This document shows, piece after piece, positions 20,801 to 28,706 of a DNA stretch of 64,000 nt. The DNA is taken from NCBI GenBank assembly GCA_027031495.1, contig JALVQA010000009.1:16898-80897 (forward strand), written 5' to 3'. Every line of letters begins with the position of its first letter. Within the stretch, counting starts at the first letter, position 1. The position numbers were made by a program, and so were the translations under genes. Below the pieces are notes generated by a model that did no database searches, was not told the DNA's origin, and was given only the letters and a program-made list of their open reading frames with translations. Origin of the DNA: Candidatus Moraniibacteriota bacterium (GTDB lineage: Bacteria; Patescibacteriota; Minisyncoccia; Moranbacterales; GCA-2747515).

Positions 20801-22189
20801 AAGGAGTTTTTCAGCATGCATAATTTGCTCCTTACTTGGTGGTTCAATGAACGGAAATTCTTCTGGTGTCATGCCCATGTTGCGCAGACGCAAAACGACC
20901 TGTTCAATACTTGCGTGACGAATTTCTGATTCTGTATGTTCCGGCATCTTCTCCCATTGTTCCTGCGTTATTACACGCACGCATTGACCGGCACGCACGC
21001 GACCGGCGCGACCGGCGCGCTGCTGCGCAGAATCTTTTGAGACAAATGTTGTACCCGTTTCGCGAATACCGGTTTTTGGATTGAAGCGCACACTCCGCCG
21101 ACGACACGAATCAACAACTGTTGTTACGCGTGGCAACGTGAGCGATGTCTCTGCAATATTCGTTGCTACAATCACACGACGATGCCCGGCTGGTGGCGTG
21201 CCAGTAATAGCATTATCACGCTCCGCCGGACTGAGAGCGCCGTGTAATGGGAGAACCTCTACATTCGGCAATGAACCAATTTGCTGTATCGTCTCCTCAA
21301 TTTCCCTTTTGCCGGGCATAAAAACAAGAATATCCCCATCACCACCTTTTGCAACAATCTCTCGTACTACATCCGCTGTCACCGTGATGTAGCCGGTACC
21401 ATTACTCTCACACAACCGTCGTCGCTGCTCTTTTTTCTCTTCGCTACCGAATGTTTCTATCGTCCTAGTTTCCACAGGATATGATCGTCCTTCAATACGC
21501 GCATATTGGTCATCATCCATACTATAGTATTCCTGCACACGATCCTTATCCAGAGTCGCGCTTGTCATAACAACTAGCGGCGCAACACCGCGCTCACGCA
21601 ACACTTTGATCATACCCATGATGAGGTGATAGTCTACGGATCCCTCGTGGAATTCATCTACAATAATAGCGCCGTACGGCGGTGTATATGATGGATCTTC
21701 TCCGGACGCCTTTACCATCTCAGAGAGATAGCGCAGGGCTACACCGGTTGTCACAACAGAGATTTCCGTTCGACTGCTTGTCTCACGTGCCTCTGATGTT
21801 GCCGTGCCAACAGCGCCATTACGCCCCCACGGCATATCTTCAACAGCAGCAATCGCCTCCGAGATGCCATGTGCTGCGGCGATACGTGGCTGCACGGAAA
21901 ACTGCTTTCGTGGCAGGTTGCATTCTTTCAAAATCTCGCGCACCATCCCGGGCAAGAGCACAGACTTTCCGCTGCCGGTTTCCCCTTGAATAAGTACAAT
22001 ATTTTTACTGCTCTCCACCGCGTCACGTAAGAGTTGCATCACACGTTCGCGCTCTTGCCCAATCGGCAATTCACGCGGCACAATAAATTGTTCCAAGCGT
22101 TCTCGTTTCTGCTCCGACAGCGCATCTTGATAGTGATACTCCTTGCGCTCGGCAGGGTTGGAAGATTGTTGATCGCGATTACCTTGCAT
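17828..22189 (-). CDS. HrpA-like DEAH-box ATP-dependent helicase with long C-terminal coiled-coil extension
   Basis: Walker A is GETGSGKS. A DEAH-type core follows (VVMTSATLD, ATNIAETSLTLP, QRAGRAGR) with HA2/OB-like regions. The C-terminal half (about 600 aa) is rich in E/R/K heptads. Confidence 0.8.
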   Translation of the reverse strand: MQGNRDQQSSNPAERKEYHYQDALSEQKRERLEQFIVPRELPIGQERERVMQLLRDAVESSKNIVLIQGETGSGKSVLLPGMVREILKECNLPRKQFSVQPRIAAAHGISEAIAAVEDMPWGRNGAVGTATSEARETSSRTEISVVTTGVALRYLSEMVKASGEDPSYTPPYGAIIVDEFHEGSVDYHLIMGMIKVLRERGVAPLVVMTSATLDKDRVQEYYSMDDDQYARIEGRSYPVETRTIETFGSEEKKEQRRRLCESNGTGYITVTADVVREIVAKGGDGDILVFMPGKREIEETIQQIGSLPNVEVLPLHGALSPAERDNAITGTPPAGHRRVIVATNIAETSLTLPRVTTVVDSCRRRSVRFNPKTGIRETGTTFVSKDSAQQRAGRAGRVRAGQCVRVITQEQWEKMPEHTESEIRHASIEQVVLRLRNMGMTPEEFPFIEPPSKEQIMHAEKLLMHLGATDADGAITEIGQEMISMPFLEPRQARLVLEAKERGCFEAAVILATMAREGKSIFVRPREKANEADSAHAPFRTGSSDWFANLAVFRAALDNGLFQNRNGNKKRGEKNGKRGKDEENGQSSLRKWCYEKFINHNALRHVASHIGDFARAAGQEINRAALKNTLDKTDREALTRALLAGYADHLLYAANNTRGMPAYYHFDGVSDEINLSPGSAARGKNIQLCFVEKITEGRGTRRGYEITRNYGQLVHPVTVADIRDVAPHMLQEYIDGRPYYDQDAGTIVVNHVTTPKRTTMRILERVHRPYNNPDLHKEWARVIVDDYHNAINLPFADENKHVYNDNVKPLIDRFGPHMPISSLIDWYTQKLNKIAQEDSSALATIDGIKRHSNQLILRPEDIIPRERMGALETFYPTSAAFGQRVADITYEYQRTNTAQWHRAFAEIDYSDVDVLSFWQETDLLHLDDAALFAIGTDDDSVESTYKIQLPRQRLVSVRGPKHMSEIIARVDDDLRTAARHAFMDAHEQRTLGNAEVLDETTEIPKPQEQPVAYYHTADGETLYMYPGIVRTEIYDDGYKSVFQQKWFASEEEARQAYERTIGGVLNRLREEREREEQRKRLKEEIHVLARKILNVLDSDDGIPQELASDDDYYRRTVQSALNRSNANEHDKRHLTEIYEQIVVAQRAREEALANRETFRDRVREQWSDIKVFLKRAEDMARRGYDVAFSSNDIDYLRSYFEDVKSYIETENRAFDIEQEVQMQRLFKDLLTRMREYKQSMDSFATDSGMRINALADAFAQAGLGSERFSHGDDTQERTPDTYTESSPQRPQQKKSKKEHSHQREKKQAVTLPEEIMRRIGQGKPDERYLAILEEQEALEKERETLETEGDELARLLDQRDELRAQHNLLKKERTKLDKQIRELTQRKADKQRAPALHSRRRDVVQKIRDMEEGELKRVKSADTRLREISKHLSEINTYIDILNQKAQEIEHML

Positions 22190-22785
22190 TATTCTGTAAT
22201 CAATTGATTATTGATTGTTATACGTGAAACAAGAGCTGCTGCAGCAATGGCATGTGCCGTGATCCACCATGGCACTGTTTGCGCATTGATGTGTACATGT
22301 TTCTTGTTTTGCATATCAGTTGACAAAATCTTTTGCACAACGGCGCGAGCACGCTGCTCTTGCGACGACGTTGCATCTGACTGCCACCATGCATCCAGAT
22401 CCATCATGCATTCGTTGTCATTACATACACTCTCCTGTAATGCAGGCACATTGTCATCTTCAATATCATCCATCATATTGCGAACCGTTTGTGGACGCAC
22501 AAAATGGTCTTCATCAACAAGAGAAAATACAGTGTAAGACTCCATAGCATTCTGCGAGGGCTGAACCACAACTTCCTGTGCCGTACGCACAAGATGCACA
22601 AGGAGGCGCCACCCTTGCTGCGGCACAGTTTCTTCTGTGCAAAAAACACGCACGCAAAACGGACTCACAAAACCATCTTCTTGCAGTGCCTTGTTGTTTT
22701 TGCGCGCAACATCGGTCGGTATATCATGTGCTATATCAACAGGGATATAAGAAAGTAATTGTTTCACAAGTAAAGTATTTTCCAC
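22189..22785 (-). CDS. Hypothetical protein (198 aa), translationally coupled to the helicase
   Basis: Its stop overlaps the ATG of the downstream helicase gene (22187-22189). I recognise no family. Confidence 0.45.
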   Translation of the reverse strand: MENTLLVKQLLSYIPVDIAHDIPTDVARKNNKALQEDGFVSPFCVRVFCTEETVPQQGWRLLVHLVRTAQEVVVQPSQNAMESYTVFSLVDEDHFVRPQTVRNMMDDIEDDNVPALQESVCNDNECMMDLDAWWQSDATSSQEQRARAVVQKILSTDMQNKKHVHINAQTVPWWITAHAIAAAALVSRITINNQLITE

Positions 22786-22819
22786 ATATTAGTTACTCTC
22801 ATTCTACCACACTTCTTCC

Positions 22820-22880
22820 AATAACTCATAACTCATGATTCACAACCCACCACTCACAACTCATAACTCACTACTAACCT
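22820..22880. repeat. Short direct repeats (ACTCATAACTCA x2-3) in the mraY 3' intergenic region
   Basis: aataactcataactcatga...aactcataactcacta is low-complexity direct repetition. Confidence 0.4.
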
Positions 22881-24019
22881 CACCGTCCCATGCCAAAAAT
22901 TGCGATAATTAGCCCAACGGCGGCGGTAATCATGGTAAGGACCCACGCGCGCATGACGATTTTTGGCTCCGGCCACCCAATCGCCTCAAAGTGATGATGA
23001 ATCGGTGCTGCACGAAAAACTTTGCACCCAAAGAGCTTTTTGCTTGTCAATTGAACAATAACACTTCCACTTTCTAACATATAAATAAAGACAATAATAA
23101 AGAGTACGAGTACACTATTGGTCAGCATTGCAACAACACCAAGTGTTGTGCCCAGCGCCATGGCACCGGTGTCCCCCATAAAGAACCGTGCCGGATAAAT
23201 ATTAAACCACAGGAATGCCGTCAGTGCGCCGGAAACCGCCATACAGAACGCCGCCAGGTCCACCTTGTTGTGCATAAACGCAATCATCCCAAACGCTGCG
23301 AACGCAATTGTCAGCACACCGGCATTCAGCCCGTCCAATCCATCCGTTTCGTTGGAGGAAATGGCACTGAAGAGAATGACAAAAATGAACAGTGGCACAT
23401 ACCACATACCGATTGCAAAATCACCGACGCCCGGAATATGGAGCATATCCCATCCAAGCTTGCTGTAAAACCACCATGCACCGGCACCGGCAATGGCAAA
23501 TAACCACCAAAACCGCATTGCAAAGCGAATGCCACCACCTTTATTCTTGCCCCAGCCGCGCACGCTGGCGATATCATCAAACAACCCCAGCACACCGCCG
23601 GCAACGAGCGCAAAAAGTGGTAAATACGTTTGTTTGCGTGAAAGAAAGTCAAGGCGTGCAACAAAATTCATATCAAGCCACTGTGCGATCAAGGGAAATA
23701 TATATTGCGAAGTAATCGCCAACAACCCAACCGTCACCCACACAATTACGCCGCCCATCGTTGGTGTGCCATTTTTATGTGCATGTAATTTACTTACGTG
23801 TTTAAGTTTTTTACCATCAACAGCTGTTTTTTTGATTTTAATGCCAATTTTATATTTATAGAGAAAATGCGTCCACACCGGTGCAATAAGAAATGCCGCA
23901 ACAAATGCAATAACACCGGTTACCATTACCTTGATCACGTTAACAACTTCCGGAATCGTTTGAATTTGTGCAAACTCCATATTATAGCGGGTTATATAAT
24001 TACTTATCTCTCCTACCAC
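22880..24019 (-). CDS. mraY: Phospho-N-acetylmuramoyl-pentapeptide transferase
   Basis: Carries the KNGTPTMGG, DGLDGLNAG, FMGDTGAMALG and HHHFE motifs typical of MraY. Confidence 0.9.
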   Translation of the reverse strand: MVGEISNYITRYNMEFAQIQTIPEVVNVIKVMVTGVIAFVAAFLIAPVWTHFLYKYKIGIKIKKTAVDGKKLKHVSKLHAHKNGTPTMGGVIVWVTVGLLAITSQYIFPLIAQWLDMNFVARLDFLSRKQTYLPLFALVAGGVLGLFDDIASVRGWGKNKGGGIRFAMRFWWLFAIAGAGAWWFYSKLGWDMLHIPGVGDFAIGMWYVPLFIFVILFSAISSNETDGLDGLNAGVLTIAFAAFGMIAFMHNKVDLAAFCMAVSGALTAFLWFNIYPARFFMGDTGAMALGTTLGVVAMLTNSVLVLFIIVFIYMLESGSVIVQLTSKKLFGCKVFRAAPIHHHFEAIGWPEPKIVMRAWVLTMITAAVGLIIAIFGMGR

Positions 24020-25023
24020 TCATAGGCATCCCATGTCCATGTAACAAGTGTTTTCATATCACGCCAGCGCCATGGATCGCCGAGAATAACCGCAACAATG
24101 CGCTTTTCTTTTTTCTCTGGGTGTACAGCCGCCAGAAGGAGCGACTTACCCGCCTGTGGTGTAAATCCCGTCTTAGCGCCAATCATGCCGGGCACGTCTT
24201 GTGTTTCAGCAAATTTGTTTGTTGCCTCTAAAACATGTGTATACGCACCGTCTTTTGATTTAATCTCCGTGCGTTTTGTGTTGAGTAGTTGCCAAATAAC
24301 AGTATCATGGAGAGCAAGAGCTGCAATGCGTCCAATATCGGCCGCGCTCGAGTAACACGCTTTTCCTTCTACCTCAAGACCAGATGGCGTGCAAAAATGT
24401 GAATCCTTCAAACCAAGCTCTCGTGCGCGATCATTCATAAGGTTGACAAACGCCTCTTCTGAGCCGGCAACATACCGCGCAAGAGATCGTGCTGCATCAT
24501 TGGCACTGACAACAAGCATTGCCGTTAAAAGATCACGCACCGTTACAACCTCTCCCGGCGCTAAACGTTTGCCTGTGCATGTTGTCGATGTTTTACAGCC
24601 AACGCGCGACCCTATAACGTGTAACGCCTCTTCACGCAGCGTTACAGGTGCGTCAAGCGCAACACCGGACGTGCGCACAAGATATGCCGTATAAAGTTTT
24701 GTTAACGATGCAATAGGACGATGTTGATGCGCATTCTGATCATAGAGAATCTCACCGGACGCAACATCAATCACAACAGCCGCATGCGCATCTTTCAGAT
24801 AAAGGCGTTGTGCTGATGTTTTGCGTTGTGGCGCTTTTTGCGAGAAGGCGCGCACCGGCACAGCGTGCACAACCGGCGCTTCCGGAAATGTGCGCGACGT
24901 TGACGTACCCAAGACATGAGCCGATAACGTTTTTTGCTGTACATCATGAGCAAAAATATCATGTGCACTGATATAAGTTACAGCAAGAAATACCACTTGT
25001 GCTATGAGTGCAAATGAAAACAT
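24013..25023 (-). CDS. D-alanyl-D-alanine carboxypeptidase (PBP5/6-type, S11 peptidase)
   Basis: Has a signal peptide, then SxxK (ASLTKL), SxN (SAND) and KTG motifs. Confidence 0.8.
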   Translation of the reverse strand: MFSFALIAQVVFLAVTYISAHDIFAHDVQQKTLSAHVLGTSTSRTFPEAPVVHAVPVRAFSQKAPQRKTSAQRLYLKDAHAAVVIDVASGEILYDQNAHQHRPIASLTKLYTAYLVRTSGVALDAPVTLREEALHVIGSRVGCKTSTTCTGKRLAPGEVVTVRDLLTAMLVVSANDAARSLARYVAGSEEAFVNLMNDRARELGLKDSHFCTPSGLEVEGKACYSSAADIGRIAALALHDTVIWQLLNTKRTEIKSKDGAYTHVLEATNKFAETQDVPGMIGAKTGFTPQAGKSLLLAAVHPEKKEKRIVAVILGDPWRWRDMKTLVTWTWDAYEW

Positions 25024-25028
25024 GTCTT

Positions 25029-25613
25029 TTACAAATCTTTAACCTGGTCAATTTTGCGGTGCGCATTAAGCGTAGAAAAATGTGGTAGCTCTTGTGTTTT
25101 TGTAAGACCGAGATGTGAAAGAAAGTCGTGTGTTACGCGGTAGAGATAACTGCGTTTGTTCTGCTGATCCGGCACACGCTCAATCAAACCGCGCATGAGA
25201 AGTCCTCGTAGCGAAAACGAACAATTGACACCACGAATAGCGTCAATCTCCATCCGTGACACGGGTCCGCGATATGCAACAATAGCAAGCACCTCCAGCG
25301 CCGCTTTTGACAAGTCTTCGTTTACCGCATCGGAAAGCATTTTTTCAACAACCTTCTGTGTCTGTGGCGCCGTTGCCATTTGTATAGCATTATTATTCTC
25401 TACCAGAACCAAACCTCGCTTGTCGCGCTTCGCACAAGTTGTGTATGCATCAATTACATCATTCAGCTCCTTATCACTAAAGCCACACACTTTTGCGAGG
25501 CGCGTTTTTTTAACAGGATCGCCAAGCGTAAAAAGAACCGCTTCTAGTAGAGCCATGCGTTCTTTCATCTCATCGGTATCGTAGTTTTGTTGTTTTTGCT
25601 CTTTCTCTGTCAT
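25029..25613 (-). CDS. scpB: Segregation and condensation protein B
   Basis: Carries tandem winged helices matching ScpB: LEAVLFTLGDPV...LAIVAYRGPVSRMEIDAIRGVNCSFSLRGLLMRGLIE. Confidence 0.85.
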   Translation of the reverse strand: MTEKEQKQQNYDTDEMKERMALLEAVLFTLGDPVKKTRLAKVCGFSDKELNDVIDAYTTCAKRDKRGLVLVENNNAIQMATAPQTQKVVEKMLSDAVNEDLSKAALEVLAIVAYRGPVSRMEIDAIRGVNCSFSLRGLLMRGLIERVPDQQNKRSYLYRVTHDFLSHLGLTKTQELPHFSTLNAHRKIDQVKDL

Positions 25614-25637
25614 ATTATCAGTGTATCATATTTTACT

Positions 25638-26351
25638 TTAGGACTTTTGACTATCACATTGTGTAATTGTAATATCGTCCGCCACCGCCTCTTGCGTCAC
25701 GAGTACAGCATTTTGCTTTACAAGTTCTAAGAGTGCGAGGAAAGAAACGATTACGTCACTGCGATCACGCGCATTTTTCACAAACTCTGAAAATGCCACT
25801 GTACCACGCTCTTTTAATGATCGCGTCAATGTCATAATACGTTCCTCCAGTGCAACAATTTCCTTCATGTGACGCTGATCAAGTTGTTCCACCGTCGGAA
25901 TTTCAGCTAAAACGCCACGAAAAAGATCCTCGCAGTCCTGCGACGTTATATGTGGTGGTACAAAAACAATCTGTCGCTTGCGTGGCGGCACATTACGCGT
26001 AAAACTTTTGCGCCCGTCAGTCCACATTTTTCCAAGCTTTTGTGCGATATCGGCATATTTCTTGTACTCCTCAAGCTGTAATTCAAGATCTTCAATTTCC
26101 TCCTCCTCTTCTTTCTCAAGAACAAGTAGTGGCAAGAGCGCTTTTGACTTCATCAAAATCAGCCGCGCTGCCATGGAAAGAAAGCCAGCCAAATTTTCAA
26201 GTGTGATATCCTCGCGATGCTCACGCAGATAACACAAATACTGCTCCGTCACTTCCGCAAGAGCTACTTCCGTAATACCAAGCTTTTTTTCTTCAATCAG
26301 TGCAAGTAGTAACTCCAGCGGGCCTTCAAATTTTTGAGTACGAAATTCCAT
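25638..26351 (-). CDS. scpA: Segregation and condensation protein A (kleisin)
   Basis: The N-terminus FEGPLELLLALIEEKKLGITEVALAEVTEQYLCYL is typical of ScpA. scpB follows immediately downstream. Confidence 0.85.
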   Translation of the reverse strand: MEFRTQKFEGPLELLLALIEEKKLGITEVALAEVTEQYLCYLREHREDITLENLAGFLSMAARLILMKSKALLPLLVLEKEEEEEIEDLELQLEEYKKYADIAQKLGKMWTDGRKSFTRNVPPRKRQIVFVPPHITSQDCEDLFRGVLAEIPTVEQLDQRHMKEIVALEERIMTLTRSLKERGTVAFSEFVKNARDRSDVIVSFLALLELVKQNAVLVTQEAVADDITITQCDSQKS

Positions 26352-26358
26352 AGTGTTC

Positions 26359-27531
26359 TTATTTCCTCACAATATCTGTGTCACGTATATTCCATGCAAC
26401 ACCTACCCCAATAATTGTTACTGCACTCATTATAGCAAATGGGAAAAACAGTGAAACCGGAAAAAAGTACAAAACAATAGCACATATCATCATTGTTACG
26501 AGAAGGCCTGTGCTGTATGCTGTTCGATATACCAAGATGGCGCCGATATCGTCACATTTGACATGCTTATAGAAAAACACGTCCGACATACTCTCCACAA
26601 GCGCCGCTCCAACACGACTGATAGCAAGTACTATGATCCACGCCATCGCGCTAGCAGGCGGCATAAAAACAATCGTCAAGAGACTGCCCGTCATCAGTAA
26701 AAACCCGCCGATAAGCATTTCACGTTCACCAAAAAACATATCAGCAAGAATGCCGGCAGGATATTCAATTATAACAAACGGTACAAGAATAAGCGTAAAA
26801 ATAAAACCAATTTGTTGCACGCTAAATCCCTGATTCACAAGGATAAGTGGCATGTAAACAACCATTACAGCATAAAAACATTGGAGAACGAATGACATAA
26901 TATACGCACGACGAAACCATGCACTTTGCCATACTTCATGTATAAGCGCGCTGCTACGCATACGCGATACGTGGTGAATATGCTTTAGACGCACAACACT
27001 CAATAATGCACTGACAAAAATTATACTATACAAAACAACGAGCGCACAGAAAACACCACTCATTGTAAAGTGCGCAACGATATAGCCGGCACTGATTGGG
27101 CCGCACAAAAATCCTAGATTGCCGGCACTGAGTATGGCGCCATATACACGCCCATCTTCAGCATCTGTTGAGAAGGCTTGCACAATAATATCCAACGCAA
27201 TAGTCGCTATTGTTGTAGAGATAAGAATGAACAAAGCAATACTGAGCCCCAACCACGAATATGCACTGAAAGTACCGACACTCGAAGCAATTATAACCAA
27301 AAGCAAAAGGAACAAGTAAAATTGTCCACGACCACTATATGCAATAATGCGATACATAAAAAATAGCGCAAACAACGTTGCTGTAGCCACACCAAGAAAA
27401 AGACCACTTACATCACTTGTATTCAAAACATTCTTAAAATATGGTGAGAGGACATAGAGAAATAAACCGACCGCATATCCCATTATGCATTTTTGCGCAA
27501 GCAAAAACAATAAGACTGCTTTCTTCGTCAT
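26359..27531 (-). CDS. MFS-type transporter (about 12 TM)
   Basis: It is hydrophobic throughout with 6+6 predicted helices. Substrate is unknown. Confidence 0.65.
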   Translation of the reverse strand: MTKKAVLLFLLAQKCIMGYAVGLFLYVLSPYFKNVLNTSDVSGLFLGVATATLFALFFMYRIIAYSGRGQFYLFLLLLVIIASSVGTFSAYSWLGLSIALFILISTTIATIALDIIVQAFSTDAEDGRVYGAILSAGNLGFLCGPISAGYIVAHFTMSGVFCALVVLYSIIFVSALLSVVRLKHIHHVSRMRSSALIHEVWQSAWFRRAYIMSFVLQCFYAVMVVYMPLILVNQGFSVQQIGFIFTLILVPFVIIEYPAGILADMFFGEREMLIGGFLLMTGSLLTIVFMPPASAMAWIIVLAISRVGAALVESMSDVFFYKHVKCDDIGAILVYRTAYSTGLLVTMMICAIVLYFFPVSLFFPFAIMSAVTIIGVGVAWNIRDTDIVRK

Positions 27532-27597
27532 AAGAGCTTAAAAATGTATTATCTTATATCCACCAACGAGTACAATAAGAACAAACGACTGAGAACT

Positions 27598-28680
27598 TTA
27601 CCGCCGTTCTGATTGTTTTAACGCCGGCGCAATAAACCGCATTTTTTTCTTCATGAGCGCGCCAAGTCGTTGTGGATTTGCGCTTACGATGCTCAGCACA
27701 CGCTCAACATCTTCCTGCGTCAGATGACCTATATCAACTTCCTCCCCCAAAAGAGATTTCAATCTTTCATAATCGTGCTCAACCGTTTTGAATACTTTGC
27801 CAACGTCATCAACTGTTTGAAATGGCTTGTCGCATTTCATAAGAAGTGCGCGATCTTGTTCTGTGTATTTCTTGGCGTTTTCTCTAAGAAATTGTTCAAT
27901 AAGCGTCAGATTATGTCGCGACTGTATAAGGTAAGTAAAATTCTCTGTTGATGGCTGCCCACCTTCATTGAGAGAACCCATCATATCAATATACGATGCC
28001 AGTAGCATAAAATCTTGCTGGCGCTCCGAAAAACCGGTATCAACAAAGTGCTTTTTATATGTTTTCGGATTTACTTTTGCAAACTGATATGCTACTTCAT
28101 GTTTTCTTACTGCGTTGACAATTTCTTCCGGTACGTTTTCTCTTTGCAAAAGATCAGCGCCTTTATTACCGTGCTGACCAGCCGGACCTTTTGACATGTG
28201 ATAGTACGAAATGGATACAATTGCTCTTCTCTTAAATGTTTTTGCATCATCACTGCCATACTGTTGCCATTCATCCCACGTAATTTCACGTCCTCTGTAT
28301 TCACCCTCAAACTTCAACGTAAGACAATCCGGCTTTGCAATGTCGTGAAGAAATACATAGTCAATAAATTTACTGTCTATTACTTTATTCTCGTTATTAG
28401 ACACAAGTGCTCTAAACCTCTCGCGCATGTTAACTGGCACACTATCATGGAAGCGATCACGCGCTACATCATGGAGCGCATTTAAAACTAATTTAAGGTG
28501 AGCGTCCATTTTCGGACCTTCATTATGATACCGCCCTCGCTGCGGTGTTTCAAACGATCGTTCTATACGCTCCGCCAATTGCGGGTATCGTTCGCAAACA
28601 CTGCGAAGCGCTTGTTCAAAAGACGGCACTTGTATCTGTTCCTGTTTTGATGTGCAGGCATGCGGGTTTTCTATAGACAT
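27598..28680 (-). CDS. HD-domain phosphohydrolase (putative)
   Basis: A His (YHNEG...HLKLV) is followed by FLHDIAKP, which resembles the H...HD(IGK) metal-binding signature. Confidence 0.45.
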   Translation of the reverse strand: MSIENPHACTSKQEQIQVPSFEQALRSVCERYPQLAERIERSFETPQRGRYHNEGPKMDAHLKLVLNALHDVARDRFHDSVPVNMRERFRALVSNNENKVIDSKFIDYVFLHDIAKPDCLTLKFEGEYRGREITWDEWQQYGSDDAKTFKRRAIVSISYYHMSKGPAGQHGNKGADLLQRENVPEEIVNAVRKHEVAYQFAKVNPKTYKKHFVDTGFSERQQDFMLLASYIDMMGSLNEGGQPSTENFTYLIQSRHNLTLIEQFLRENAKKYTEQDRALLMKCDKPFQTVDDVGKVFKTVEHDYERLKSLLGEEVDIGHLTQEDVERVLSIVSANPQRLGALMKKKMRFIAPALKQSERR

Positions 28681-28706
28681 ATACTTTATTTACATGCATC
28701 TATTTT

